DNA of 64,000 bases from Patescibacteria group bacterium (GCA_049322575.1 JBMORQ010000003.1:17719-81718), one strand, 5' to 3'; positions 19,441-30,493 are shown, counted from the first letter of the stretch. Translations and numbers: made by a program. Notes: generated by a model not told the origin, from the letters alone.

Positions 19441-21066
19441 TCACTCCAGGGTTAAATCAGACAAAACCAGTTGAATTTCTTTATGTCCGTTCCATTGGTT
19501 GAGAGAGGGCGAGCCAGCAACCGACACTCGTTGACCAGTCTCAATCACAGCTAACAACTTAGCCTGGTTCCAAAATATACACTCCAAAGGAACTGAGTCA
19601 GATTGACAAACAATCAGTTTGAGATGACGTTTGTCCTTGCCCAATGACTCAGCTTTAACAATTTCCAGATTTTTGATAGCAAAAACTGGAGGTTGGTTAG
19701 CCTGGCCATAAGGTTCAAGCTCTTTCAGCCTTTCCATCAATTCAATATTGCATAAAGATAGCGGCAGTTCAGCATCGACAAAAAGCTGTGGTTGAAGCTG
19801 TTGCTTGCTAATAGTAATTCTGGAGTGTGAAAAAAGCTGTCGTTTAACCGCTTCAATCTTGGCCATTTCAACCGTGAAACCAGCAGCCATGGGGTGACCG
19901 CCAACATCAATCAAGTCATCTTTCACTAAACGGATTAGCTCAATAATATTCACTCCGTATACTGAGCGGGCTGAAGCTCTGGCTACTTGCCCGGCTTTGC
20001 TAATTACAATTGCAGGTTTGTAAAAAGCCTCGACCATTCTACCAGCGATCAAGCCCACCAAGCCATCGTGAAACTTTTCTGACTCCACAATCAGTAAATG
20101 CTCTTGTTCTTGCTGTTTTGCCTGAGAAATGGCTTCGTCAAGCAAGCTATCTGTGAGTTGCTGACGCGTTGAGTTGGTATCATTAAGTAGTTTTGCTAGT
20201 TCAGTTGCCCGAGTCGTTGACTTGGTACAGATCAAGCGTAAGGCATCCAAGCCACTTGCGATCCTACCCATAGCATTGATTCTTGGAGCAATACCAAAAC
20301 CCACAAGAAAACTATCAACTGGCCTTTTATCCAAGCCTGCATGATAGATCAAGGCTTTTAATCCCGGCCTGGTGGTTTTAGCCAAAGCCTCTAATCCATA
20401 TTTCGCCAAGGTCCGATTGGTTCCTTGGAGAGGAACCATATCAGCAATGGTGGCCACTGCCACTAGGTCTACAATGTTCAAGGCGTGGTCAGGTGTCAGC
20501 GATCGAGCAATTAACCAGGCAACGGCCGCACCACAAACCTCTGTGGAGTGAACAATTTGGTTAGCCATAGGCAAAGTTGACTCTGGCTGGTGATGATCGG
20601 TGATGATTACATCAACTCCCTGGTTGCGAGCATAATCAACTGCCTTGTGAGCGACAATACCGTTATCAACGGTAATAATCAGATCTGGTTTGGATTTAGC
20701 AAATATTTGTTCCAAAGCCTTAATTGACAACCCATAACCATGTTCTGTTCTGCTTGGAATATATGGCAAGACGTCCAGGCCAAACAGATTCAGCGACTCC
20801 CACAAGATTGCCGTTCCCAAAATACCATCGGCATCATAATCTCCAAATACCACAATCTTCTGGTTTTGCTGTTTTGCCAACTGCAAACGATCGACTAGTT
20901 TTTGAATTATCTTCGAATCAATCGCAAAATCCTTAGCCTGGAGTTGACTAATTTTTTTTGGGTTAAGAAACTTTGAGCTGTCGTCGACCTTTCGGTTTTG
21001 CATGAGGACTTTAATTACTTCATCTAAGCTGAGGGGAAGTTTATGATTCTGCAAAAGCCATTTCAT
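19441..21066 (-). CDS. recJ: ssDNA exonuclease RecJ
   Basis: GDYDADG, HGYG, TVDNG, TDHH, PRINAMGR, GGHPMAAG. Confidence 0.96.
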   Translation of the reverse strand: MKWLLQNHKLPLSLDEVIKVLMQNRKVDDSSKFLNPKKISQLQAKDFAIDSKIIQKLVDRLQLAKQQNQKIVVFGDYDADGILGTAILWESLNLFGLDVLPYIPSRTEHGYGLSIKALEQIFAKSKPDLIITVDNGIVAHKAVDYARNQGVDVIITDHHQPESTLPMANQIVHSTEVCGAAVAWLIARSLTPDHALNIVDLVAVATIADMVPLQGTNRTLAKYGLEALAKTTRPGLKALIYHAGLDKRPVDSFLVGFGIAPRINAMGRIASGLDALRLICTKSTTRATELAKLLNDTNSTRQQLTDSLLDEAISQAKQQEQEHLLIVESEKFHDGLVGLIAGRMVEAFYKPAIVISKAGQVARASARSVYGVNIIELIRLVKDDLIDVGGHPMAAGFTVEMAKIEAVKRQLFSHSRITISKQQLQPQLFVDAELPLSLCNIELMERLKELEPYGQANQPPVFAIKNLEIVKAESLGKDKRHLKLIVCQSDSVPLECIFWNQAKLLAVIETGQRVSVAGSPSLNQWNGHKEIQLVLSDLTLE

Positions 21067-21128
21067 GTGGAGTAATTTATAATAGAGTTCATATCAAAAA
21101 TCTAGTGATAGACCTTTATTTTTTGCTA

Positions 21129-22760
21129 ATGACCAATAAAACACCTTTACATCTACCAGTTGAAAGCGTTTACATCCTTTACAAGCTACATCAGGCAAAT
21201 TTTCAGGGCTATTTAGTTGGTGGTGCCGTCAGAGACTTGCTACTCAACTCATTTGACAACACCTCAACTGGTTCACCAACCGTCACTGATTATGATTTCA
21301 CAACCAACGCTATTCCCGAACAAATACAACAAATTTTCCCTAATTCCTTTTATGAAAATAAATTTGGTACCGTCAGTATTAGTTATCAGCACTTGGTTGA
21401 ACAAATGAACGATGAGGGTTTTGTTCTTAGCGAGAAGAACATAAAAAATCAACTCAACCAAAGCCAGGAAAAGTCGACCGATTCCAAAATAATTGATATC
21501 GCTCGTGCCACCAAGATCCACTCATCCTTAGATTCCACTGAAAACAGCCTCAAGTCCAAGTCTCAGCTTGAACCACCAGCCTTTGAAATCACAACCTATC
21601 GTTCCGACGGCCAATATCTGGATGGGCGACGTCCTGAGTCTGTTAGTTGGGGAAAACAGATTGAAGAAGATCTTAACAGACGAGACTTCACTATTAACGC
21701 CATGGCTATTGGCTTAAAACAAGACTTTCTGGAAAAGCTTTTTAACCAACACCTTGGTCAAGTAGACCCGTTAGTGCTCGATGATCAATACCTATTAGTT
21801 GACTTACATGGGGGATTATCAGACTTGCAGCACAAAATCATTCGCACTGTTGGTGAACCCAATCAACGTTTTCATGAGGACGCGTTGCGTATGCTTAGAG
21901 CCATACGCATGGCCGTTCAGTTAGAAATGCAGATCGACCCATCAAGCTATCAGGCAATTCTAACTAACTCTCAACTCATCACTAAAGTTAGTCAAGAAAG
22001 GATCGCTGATGAACTCCTAAAAATGCTCTCGAGCAATTGGCCAAAACAAGCCATCGAATTACTTGATAAAACAGGTCTTTTGCCCTTGATTTTACCAGAG
22101 CTAATAGCTACTAAAGGTGTTGAACAAGCTGGTCATCACACCACAGATGTCTGGCAACACAGCCTGGATTCTCTGCAAAATTGCCCATCAAAAGACCCAA
22201 TTGTGCGTCTGGCTACACTCTTGCATGACATAGCCAAGCCGAATACCCAACAATTCCAAAACGATACGATATCTTTTTATAACCACGAAATCTTAGGGTC
22301 GAGAATTGCTAGCAATGTTGGCAAACGCTTGCGGCTATCAAAAAATGACCTCCAACGTCTGTTTTTATTGGTTCGCTATCACATGTTCCATTACCAACCA
22401 GAAAATTCTGATGCTTCAATCCGAAGACTAATGAGAAAAGTTGGCTTGGAGAACATTGACGACATCCTAGCCTTGCGCGAGGGTGATCGCTTAGGCAGCG
22501 GTGCAGCCAAAACCAGTTGGCGTTTAGAAGAGCTCAAAGAACGCATGATCGAGCAGCTCCATCAACCGATGGACGTAACTGATTTAGCAATTGACGGTCA
22601 CATGCTCATGGCCGAGCTGGGCCTGAAACCAGGCCCTATCCTGGGAAAGCTACTTAATCAATTGTTTGAAATTGTCCTGGAGAAGCCTGAAGCTAACCAG
22701 CGCCATACCCTTCTTGAGATGGCAAAAACACTTCTAAAGCAAGAAGATCATACTGGTTAA
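21129..22760 (+). CDS. cca: CCA tRNA nucleotidyltransferase with HD domain
   Basis: VGGAVRD, DYDFTT, RRDFTINA, EDALRMLRA, LLHDIAKP. Confidence 0.9.
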   Translation: MTNKTPLHLPVESVYILYKLHQANFQGYLVGGAVRDLLLNSFDNTSTGSPTVTDYDFTTNAIPEQIQQIFPNSFYENKFGTVSISYQHLVEQMNDEGFVLSEKNIKNQLNQSQEKSTDSKIIDIARATKIHSSLDSTENSLKSKSQLEPPAFEITTYRSDGQYLDGRRPESVSWGKQIEEDLNRRDFTINAMAIGLKQDFLEKLFNQHLGQVDPLVLDDQYLLVDLHGGLSDLQHKIIRTVGEPNQRFHEDALRMLRAIRMAVQLEMQIDPSSYQAILTNSQLITKVSQERIADELLKMLSSNWPKQAIELLDKTGLLPLILPELIATKGVEQAGHHTTDVWQHSLDSLQNCPSKDPIVRLATLLHDIAKPNTQQFQNDTISFYNHEILGSRIASNVGKRLRLSKNDLQRLFLLVRYHMFHYQPENSDASIRRLMRKVGLENIDDILALREGDRLGSGAAKTSWRLEELKERMIEQLHQPMDVTDLAIDGHMLMAELGLKPGPILGKLLNQLFEIVLEKPEANQRHTLLEMAKTLLKQEDHTG

Positions 22761-22855
22761 CTTATGCGGTGAGCAAGCCAGATCCTAACACAGCAAAACA
22801 AGCCTCTCATATAATTCAATTGTCGAGGAAGTCATTATTCTGGAAAAGAACCAGA

Positions 22856-23746
22856 CTAGATTTTTTTCTTGGAAATCTTTTCGTTCCAAACCAACAAAAG
22901 TGGCACAGCTGTAAAAGGACTTGAGTACGTACCAGAAATAGCTCCAATTAGTAACGCCACTGCGAACCAACGAATACTCTCGCCACCCAATAAAACCAAA
23001 GATAGCAACATAATAATGATTGTCACAGAGTTATTAACTGAACGACCCATTGTTTCCAGAACAGCCGCATCTGCAAGCTCTTCAAGAGACTGATTAGGGT
23101 GATTTTTGCGTAACTCACGAATGCGATCATAAACCACAATCGTGTCATGAACAGAAAATGACAAGGTGGTGAGTAGTGCTGTCACAAATAACACATCGAC
23201 TTCGACACCCATGAAATACCCCAGCAAACTGAATATACCAAGCAAAACCAGAGAGTCATGCAACATCGCTAAGATAGCACAGACACCAAACATCAATTGA
23301 TTGAACTGCCTCCAAACGTATAAAGTGATCGCAATCGATGCCAAAAGCACGGCGGCTAAAGTCTTGACCAATAGTTCTCTGCCTAAAATCGGTCCCACTG
23401 AAGCAAATCGAACTTCTTCAATCTGGCCATATTTCTCCGATAATTTCTTTATAAAAGCATCTTTTTGGTCATTTGAGATGGTTTTGCCACGGACAATAAT
23501 TTGATTATCACCAGATTTTTGGACCGAATTAATTTCATAGATATCCGCAGCAACTGCTTGAATATCTTGACGCTCCAGTAATTTTTTTGAGTCGGCCTGA
23601 GCATACTTAACCTCCAACAACGAGCCGCCTGTAAAATCTATTGCCGGTTTTAGACCATAACGAAGCAATGAATACAGACCTGGAACAATAACCAAGAGCG
23701 AGATAATGAAAAAAACATTTCGATGTTTGAGAATACTAAATTGCAT
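22856..23746 (-). CDS. secF: Protein translocase subunit SecF
   Basis: IDFTGG, VGPILG, HD, SVHDTIVVYDRIRE, GTYSS. Confidence 0.96.
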   Translation of the reverse strand: MQFSILKHRNVFFIISLLVIVPGLYSLLRYGLKPAIDFTGGSLLEVKYAQADSKKLLERQDIQAVAADIYEINSVQKSGDNQIIVRGKTISNDQKDAFIKKLSEKYGQIEEVRFASVGPILGRELLVKTLAAVLLASIAITLYVWRQFNQLMFGVCAILAMLHDSLVLLGIFSLLGYFMGVEVDVLFVTALLTTLSFSVHDTIVVYDRIRELRKNHPNQSLEELADAAVLETMGRSVNNSVTIIIMLLSLVLLGGESIRWFAVALLIGAISGTYSSPFTAVPLLLVWNEKISKKKI

Positions 23747-25130
23747 GCTTCTTTCTGGTAACTAAAGGCAAAAATACTCTCATCAGAGTTCGGCTCACAA
23801 CCACACCAGTGAACAGGCTCACCGTTACTCCAATTAATAGGGTTATACCAAATCCCCTTACCAAACCACTTGAATTCAAGAAGTTGAAATCCAGAGGATT
23901 AATTAAGATAAGAGAAGTCATGATTGTGGCGAGATTAGCGTCTTTTATGCTGTCCCAAGCTCGACCAAAACCAAGCTCCATTGAGCGCTCAAGAGAGTTG
24001 CCTACCCGCAGCTCTTCTTTCATTCTCTCAAAAATTAGGATATTGGAATCAACCGCCATACCTATTGATAAAACCAATCCAGCGATTCCGGGTAACGTCA
24101 GAGTAATCCCCAGAATCTTATAAATTGCTAGTGTCAGTATTGAATAAATCACTAAAGCAACACTCGCCAAAAACCCCTTCCAACCATAATAGATAATCAT
24201 GAAGAGCATGACTAAGAAAATTCCCACCAAACCGGCTCGTAAGCTTTGTTGGATTGACGTTTCACCCAGACTTGCACCAATCGTCTGTTGCTGTAAAACC
24301 TTGATTGGCACAGGTAGGGCGCCTGCATTAAGCTGAATAGCCAACTGCTTGGCTTCCTCCAAGCTGAAACCACCTGTCATCACTGCACGACCATCGAGAA
24401 TGGCCGTAGAAATTTGCGGCATGGCAACGGGAAAATCGTCGATGAAAATTGCCAAAACCTCGCCAGTGTGCTCCGAGGTAATATCGGCAAAAAGCTTGCT
24501 GCCATCCTCCTTAAACTCAAGGTTAATAACAGGCTCTCCGGTATTGGGATCAAAGCCAACCATAGCTCTTTTTAGCTGTTTTCCTGTCAAACCAGTCGTC
24601 TCAAATTGATTAAAGAACGCCAATGCTGACTCAGTAGCGACAGCGCTTTCTGAAGCCTGTGCCGATAAACTGCTTTCCAAACGGAAATCAAGATTAGCAG
24701 TTGTACCAACCAACTCAAGTGCCTGTTTGGGATCGGTTACTCCAGGTAGCTCTACAAATAAGCGATAGTCATCGTTCATTTTAGCCGTCTGGATAACTGG
24801 TTCACTGATGCCAAACATATCGACGCGACGTTGAATAATTGTCCGAGCAGACTCTATTGCCGTTTCACGGTCCTCGAGAGCAATGTCAGTCATGTCCGCC
24901 TGCAATACCACCTGCATACCACCTTGAATATCCAAACCACGTTTTAAAAGGAATTCCTTTTGGTAATGAGTTCCCAAAAAATAGAAATCGTAGCCACCTC
25001 CGGGTAGTATAAAGTTGATTTGCTTACCAAAAAGATTAAAAGACACAGGCCAATTTTTTGGCAGTGCCACAAAGCCAGCAAGTAAGGTCAACACCACAAT
25101 AAACAACAACAGTTTACTTTGTTTTTTCAT
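23736..25130 (-). CDS. secD: Protein translocase subunit SecD
   Basis: GLDIQGG, LNAGALPVP, TLPGIAG, GMAVDSNILIFER. Confidence 0.96.
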   Translation of the reverse strand: MKKQSKLLLFIVVLTLLAGFVALPKNWPVSFNLFGKQINFILPGGGYDFYFLGTHYQKEFLLKRGLDIQGGMQVVLQADMTDIALEDRETAIESARTIIQRRVDMFGISEPVIQTAKMNDDYRLFVELPGVTDPKQALELVGTTANLDFRLESSLSAQASESAVATESALAFFNQFETTGLTGKQLKRAMVGFDPNTGEPVINLEFKEDGSKLFADITSEHTGEVLAIFIDDFPVAMPQISTAILDGRAVMTGGFSLEEAKQLAIQLNAGALPVPIKVLQQQTIGASLGETSIQQSLRAGLVGIFLVMLFMIIYYGWKGFLASVALVIYSILTLAIYKILGITLTLPGIAGLVLSIGMAVDSNILIFERMKEELRVGNSLERSMELGFGRAWDSIKDANLATIMTSLILINPLDFNFLNSSGLVRGFGITLLIGVTVSLFTGVVVSRTLMRVFLPLVTRKKHAI

Positions 25131-25730
25131 CTAGAGTCCTGGTATCTGACGGTGGGCAAAATCGTCTTCGCTTCCAATCACCATTACGCGACTGGAGTAA
25201 AGAATTTCCATGATAAAAGGATCACGCCTGGTCTTCCTGAAGTTAAACTCCTCCAAAGAAAACACAGCGTAGTTAATCTCACGACCGATCTTTTCTTGTT
25301 CTTCTTTAATCATTAGCTGCAGTTCCTGCAGAACAATCTCACCAATAATCAAAACATCCACATCATCCTTGCCTGGTCGTAAACCTCGAACAAACTTACC
25401 AGAAAACATAACAAAATCGATCTCACCTAGTTTCTTGCGATTTTTGCGAATTTTTCTACCTAAACCAGTACTTTTTGCAACCATTTGTTGCAGTTCTTGA
25501 AAATACAAATACCGTTTATTTAAGGAATAATAGAGCCTGTTACCCCGCTGCTCACTTTTAAGGAGTCCGCAACCTACCAAGCGATCCAGTTCTCGGCGCA
25601 CCGCATTGATTTCCTCCTTAACTAGCCGAGTAATCTCACGCACGTAATACATCTGGTCATCGTGAGTGAAAAACAGCTCCAACATTTTCACTCTGACCCG
25701 AGAAACTATAATGTCTTGTAATGTTGTCAT
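25131..25730 (-). CDS. Winged-helix protein with C-terminal minimal nucleotidyltransferase-like domain
   Basis: YVREITR..EEINAVRRELDRL wHTH; FSGKFVRG...DVDVLIIG. Confidence 0.7.
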   Translation of the reverse strand: MTTLQDIIVSRVRVKMLELFFTHDDQMYYVREITRLVKEEINAVRRELDRLVGCGLLKSEQRGNRLYYSLNKRYLYFQELQQMVAKSTGLGRKIRKNRKKLGEIDFVMFSGKFVRGLRPGKDDVDVLIIGEIVLQELQLMIKEEQEKIGREINYAVFSLEEFNFRKTRRDPFIMEILYSSRVMVIGSEDDFAHRQIPGL

Positions 25731-25974
25731 ATCTTATTTTACTACTGGAGTGATAACCGAATACCACACCTGATGTCAATACATTTATATTACCAGAAAC
25801 GATTAACTTTTGTACTCGGAATTTTCCGACCACCAGAAGATGCCAGCAACTTGGGCAGAAGACTACAGAGCTCCAAACGGTTTTTGTGATACAAATGTTA
25901 CGGGCAGGAAGTCAAATAAACCTTCTCCGCAGCTCAAGTCGAAATTTTACCGCCTGCCCTATGCAATGGTCTGT

Positions 25975-27177
25975 TTAATACTGCACCTCGTTGCTCACAT
26001 CGACAACCGAGATCCAGACTTGTCCACGAGCTAGCTCGACCTGCTTGCCTTTAGCATCGTTAAACTCGAGTTCTGACTCGCGGGTCTTTTTCACCCAAGT
26101 GATTTTTTCAGCTGATCCATGTTTGAAGAGCAATGCCTCTCCCTTGCCAGTCGTTTGGTAAAGCATATGTTTCTTTTCGTTGATTGGACCCTCTTCTTTA
26201 GTGAAAAGCACGATAACATTGCTTGAGGCAATCTGTTGACCATCGTTCAGATCAGTATGTTTGTCGCCTCCAACCTCTCTCAAAAAAACGTCTTTGGTTG
26301 AATCATATGTCCATTTGACTGAGTAGTCGCTGTAACCACTCCAAAAATCATAAGCAACAGTACTAACGTTACCTTTAGCTGACGCAGTTTCCTCAAAGGT
26401 CCAACCAGTGTAACCGTCTTTCCAATCAGAACCAGGCACTGTTTTCTTACCTAGCTTTCTTTCTGGAGACATGTTGGTCCAGCCACGTTTAGCAGCAACT
26501 GCCCACAATTTCTCGGTAGAGGTTACCATAGTATGCTCTGTAGCAATTTCTTTACCCTCAACACGATTGTAATCGCGGTAGAAAGTAGGATATCCTACCG
26601 AGAATTGGTTGATGTCTGTGTTCAGCTCCCAACCATAATCGCCAATCTTCCCGAGAGCATCACTTGGCCCTGGAACATTTGCGCCACCGACATGAACGTA
26701 CATTGGTAAATTAAAACCTGAAGCCCAGTCAACAAAATAAATACGGGCAGAACGAATTGGAGCCAAAAGCAAGTCTTGATACTGAGCACCACAATAAAAA
26801 ATCGCGCCAAATCTGGTCACTCCACCTTCAGCAACTGCTTCAAAAACGGCGTCAGCCTTACTCAAACCAGACTGAGGACGAGCATCGGGTGTGTTCTCGA
26901 TCATCACAAATAACGGACGTCGGGCTGACCAAGCATCTTTCTCGGTTTTAGTATACATTCTGCCATTAATTGGACAAACCTGGTCACGAGGTTCATTGGG
27001 GTCAATTTGCAGTAAAGCACCTAATAATGATGAATCATCTCCTTCAGCCTGCTGAGTTGTCTCGCCACCCTCTGGAACGACCACTGTCGAACTTCCAACG
27101 CGGGCAAAAATAGCATAAGAGCCAATAGCTGAGACGATGTATAGAACCAAGGCTAAGAACAAAGATTTTTTCGACAT
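25975..27177 (-). CDS. DUF3048 (YerB-like) membrane-anchored protein
   Basis: RPLFVMIENTPDARPQSGL, AEGGVTRF, PIRSAR, GQVWI. Confidence 0.85.
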   Translation of the reverse strand: MSKKSLFLALVLYIVSAIGSYAIFARVGSSTVVVPEGGETTQQAEGDDSSLLGALLQIDPNEPRDQVCPINGRMYTKTEKDAWSARRPLFVMIENTPDARPQSGLSKADAVFEAVAEGGVTRFGAIFYCGAQYQDLLLAPIRSARIYFVDWASGFNLPMYVHVGGANVPGPSDALGKIGDYGWELNTDINQFSVGYPTFYRDYNRVEGKEIATEHTMVTSTEKLWAVAAKRGWTNMSPERKLGKKTVPGSDWKDGYTGWTFEETASAKGNVSTVAYDFWSGYSDYSVKWTYDSTKDVFLREVGGDKHTDLNDGQQIASSNVIVLFTKEEGPINEKKHMLYQTTGKGEALLFKHGSAEKITWVKKTRESELEFNDAKGKQVELARGQVWISVVDVSNEVQY

Positions 27178-27238
27178 TACTCTCCCTTCCGAAGAAATAG
27201 TCTTTATTGCTGACTGCAAAAATATGACTTGTATTTGG

Positions 27239-27529
27239 TTATTTAGTATAAAGTAAAATCATAAATAACACAGCAAGAATAATCAAGCTGGTTATTAAGG
27301 TTTTGCCCAAATCAGCAAAAATTAGTTTTTGAGAATAACCGAAGTTTTTTTCCCAAGAAAACGATTTACTCTGCTGGCCTCTGTCAGGATGTTTTTTCTG
27401 CTCTGAGGGCTTTTTTTTATCCGATCTAATCACCTCACTTGGTTGATAACTCTCTACTGGATCTTGAGTTACCTGCTTCCTCTTTTCCGCAGCAGAAATT
27501 TTTTGACTACGTAAACGTTTTTTCGACAT
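27239..27529 (-). CDS. Hypothetical protein with basic N-terminus and C-terminal TM
   Basis: ORF in operon context between rseP and DUF3048 gene. Confidence 0.55.
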   Translation of the reverse strand: MSKKRLRSQKISAAEKRKQVTQDPVESYQPSEVIRSDKKKPSEQKKHPDRGQQSKSFSWEKNFGYSQKLIFADLGKTLITSLIILAVLFMILLYTK

Positions 27530-27554
27530 AATCACTTTCCATAAATTTTGCCAA

Positions 27555-28757
27555 TTAGTTTCCTTGAACAATTCTGGCCACATCCTTAAATGTGATCAAA
27601 ATAATCAAGCCCATAAGTGCAATAAATCCCCCATAATTGACATAACCTTCAACCTTGTCAACTCGACTCTTGCCAATCACTTTCTCCATCAAGATCATCA
27701 GAATTCTACCTCCGTCCAAGGCAGGAATTGGCAAAATGTTCATTACTGCCAAATTAATAGACAACAAACCCATGAAATTTAACACCATCAACCAGCCTTG
27801 AGCCAACAAATCGCTTTTTTGTGCCTGATGTGCAATCCCAACTGGACCCGCAACATCTACAGGTAAGCCATTACCTAGAAACAAGTTGGTGAAAAGTTGC
27901 ACAATACCTGTCACCATCAACCAGCCCATCGCCAATGCCTGCCCAATGCCGTAGACAATGCCGCGGAAAGGCATCTCATACCATGGGTAAAATTTTAAAT
28001 AAAAGTCACTAAAAACAATTCCCATCGAACCTTCACCCGCCGGAGTTTCCTCTGCTGTGCGTAAGTACAGATTAAAGGATTGACTTACTTCCTGACAACT
28101 CTCCTCTCGACACAGTCCTGAAGTAATCACTGTTACCTCTTGACCAGCATGAGCGGTTACGTACTTTTGAACATCATCAATACTACTTACAGGAGTAGTT
28201 TCCCCCTGATAGACAAAGGCAATGATGCTGGTTTCTGCTTCTACACCAGCTTGAGCCGCTGGGCTGTTTTCAAGTGTCTGAAGTATACGAGGTTGATTAT
28301 CAAGTGGAACAGGTATCCCAGAGAAAGAAAAGATCACCGAAAAGGCTACCATACCAAAAATTAAGTTGAACAAAGGCCCAGCCGAAATGATGGCTATTCT
28401 AGGCAGCATTGGCTTGAGGAAGAAAACTCCATCCAGGCTGTTCTTATCGACAGAAAGACTGGTCTTTTTTGACTCTTCACCCGCCTCAGAAGCCAAGCTT
28501 GATTTGACTGATCGCGAGGCACCAGCATTGCTGGTGTCGGCTTCCTCACCTCTAAGTTTAACAAATCCTCCAAAAGGAATGGCATTAAGCGAAAACAATG
28601 TTTCCTTTATCTTAAACAGGGACAAGATTCTAGGAGGATAACCAAAACCAAATTCTTCCACCGCCACGCCAAACTTTTTGGCCATCAGGTAGTGACCTAA
28701 CTCGTGAATAATGACCAAGAGGGATAACAGTAGTAGGATGAGTAAAACATTAATCAT
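27555..28757 (-). CDS. rseP: Site-2 (M50) intramembrane protease with PDZ domain
   Basis: HELGH, PFGGFV, AGPLFN, NILPIPALDGG. Confidence 0.93.
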   Translation of the reverse strand: MINVLLILLLLSLLVIIHELGHYLMAKKFGVAVEEFGFGYPPRILSLFKIKETLFSLNAIPFGGFVKLRGEEADTSNAGASRSVKSSLASEAGEESKKTSLSVDKNSLDGVFFLKPMLPRIAIISAGPLFNLIFGMVAFSVIFSFSGIPVPLDNQPRILQTLENSPAAQAGVEAETSIIAFVYQGETTPVSSIDDVQKYVTAHAGQEVTVITSGLCREESCQEVSQSFNLYLRTAEETPAGEGSMGIVFSDFYLKFYPWYEMPFRGIVYGIGQALAMGWLMVTGIVQLFTNLFLGNGLPVDVAGPVGIAHQAQKSDLLAQGWLMVLNFMGLLSINLAVMNILPIPALDGGRILMILMEKVIGKSRVDKVEGYVNYGGFIALMGLIILITFKDVARIVQGN

Positions 28758-28784
28758 AATCTTGACCCAAGCTCTGTGACTGGG

Positions 28785-29339
28785 CTATATGGTTAGCAAG
28801 TCTTTTTCTTTTATCTCGATCAGTCGATCAATCTTTTCCAGATATTCTTTAATGATTTCCTCAAGCTCTTTAAGTTGTCGCTTGACATCGTCCTCGCTCA
28901 CTCCTGCTTCACCCTGCTGAGCCTCAATTTCCTTTTTGAACTCAACACGCTGATTCCTGACCATAACTCGGGTTGACTCGGCCTTTTGATGGACGAGTTT
29001 GACCAATTCTTGTCGACGCTCCTGATTTAATGGAGGAACCGGCACTCGGACAATCTCGCCATCAATGATCGGGCTCAAATTAAGTTGAGCAATCTGAATA
29101 GCTTTTTCAATGTTAGCCAAAAGAGATTTGTCCCAGGGTGTGATTGTCAGCATGTGTGCGTCCAAAACAGAGACATTTCCCACCTCGTTAAGCTTCATGC
29201 GGGTGCCGTATGCCTCGACCATAACTGAGTCAAGCATCTGAACCGATGCCTTACCAGTCCGAATGTTAGACAATTCCTGAGATAAATGATCAATCGTGGC
29301 CTGGAGCTTTGGTTTGTATGTTGAGGTTTCAATTGGCAT
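28785..29339 (-). CDS. frr: Ribosome recycling factor
   Basis: IRTGKAS, VEAYG, PWDKS, PPLNQERR. Confidence 0.95.
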   Translation of the reverse strand: MPIETSTYKPKLQATIDHLSQELSNIRTGKASVQMLDSVMVEAYGTRMKLNEVGNVSVLDAHMLTITPWDKSLLANIEKAIQIAQLNLSPIIDGEIVRVPVPPLNQERRQELVKLVHQKAESTRVMVRNQRVEFKKEIEAQQGEAGVSEDDVKRQLKELEEIIKEYLEKIDRLIEIKEKDLLTI

Positions 29340-29588
29340 ATTTTTTAAGAAATTTATAATCTAACTCGAGAAAATGCTTCAAGTCAATAAATTTTCCCGT
29401 GAAAAAGCGCTCTTGGCTGCTTCGTGCATTATTTCGCAGTTAGTGAAACCCATTCTACCAAAAAAAATCGAGAATATCTCAGTGTGTTAGATCAACCTCA
29501 TCAAGAAATCAGACATCTATCAGGCGAGAACTATTCGGCGGGGACGATATTTTGCTACAAGCCTATTAAACTCTGATATACTCAGACC

Positions 29589-30491
29589 ATGCTTCAACGG
29601 TTTAAGGATATCCTTCTTCAAAGGCTCTGGCGGAGTTTTGCGGACGTTGGTTATTATTTGCAGTTGCGCCAAGAATCAATTAAACAATCAAGTTTTTTCT
29701 TCCTGGTTTTCTATGGTTTGCTATCAATGAGTTCGGCAGCTTTATTTATCAACAGAGACTTGCCGCATTATTTATCATTAGCCAAACAAGCTGCTAAAGA
29801 AGCTGTCCAACACTTTGACACTACAAGCTCTATCACCTGGAACGGGCAAAGACTCCAATTGACGGGCCAAAGCGTCTTTGAGGTGTTTTACCCGTCTTTT
29901 ATTGACACCAAAAAAGAAGGATTGCCAGAGAGGCTAGCACTTATTATTGATAAAAACACCTCTCCCACTGAATACTACAATCAAAAACAACAAGAAACCT
30001 CAGACCCATTGGTATCTACGGCCTTTTTTCTCAACCAAAACTCATACTATTTCCAAGATGCTCAAAGAAGTTGGGTACAAAGAAATCTCAATGAAACCAT
30101 TCCGCCAGATGTAGCTTTTGAGTTGTCGAAAATCAAACTTGAGCAATTGGTTACGCAGTATCTTGATCCGGCCCTCACTATCCTAGATCAACATCGTTTC
30201 GAGATATTTATTGCCATATCAGCCTGGAAAATGTTAGCAGGCATGCTTATAGTCGTTTGGAACGGTCTGCTAGCCAGCTTGGTGATGCGCTTCTATCGCA
30301 TCAAAACAAATTTTGTGCAGAGTTTTAATTGGTCAATCCATCTAACTATTCTGGCGCAATCAATCAATGTTTTTGTTCAAGTGATTTATCCAGATGTCGA
30401 TTTCTCGATCTTTACGCTCAGTTACTGGGCCATCTTTACCTTTTTAGTCATCTCTCTGAGGTCCAAACTGTTAAACGAAAACGAAGTTTAA
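29589..30491 (+). CDS. Membrane protein (DUF1189-like topology)
   Basis: One N-terminal TM, large loop, several C-terminal TMs; family call tentative. Confidence 0.55.
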   Translation: MLQRFKDILLQRLWRSFADVGYYLQLRQESIKQSSFFFLVFYGLLSMSSAALFINRDLPHYLSLAKQAAKEAVQHFDTTSSITWNGQRLQLTGQSVFEVFYPSFIDTKKEGLPERLALIIDKNTSPTEYYNQKQQETSDPLVSTAFFLNQNSYYFQDAQRSWVQRNLNETIPPDVAFELSKIKLEQLVTQYLDPALTILDQHRFEIFIAISAWKMLAGMLIVVWNGLLASLVMRFYRIKTNFVQSFNWSIHLTILAQSINVFVQVIYPDVDFSIFTLSYWAIFTFLVISLRSKLLNENEV

Positions 30492-30493
30492 CT

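Noticed and set aside
25901-25960. GGGCAGG...CCTGCCC inverted repeat in the DUF3048-wHTH intergenic region
   Set aside because: Only 7 bp with a long loop and no further support
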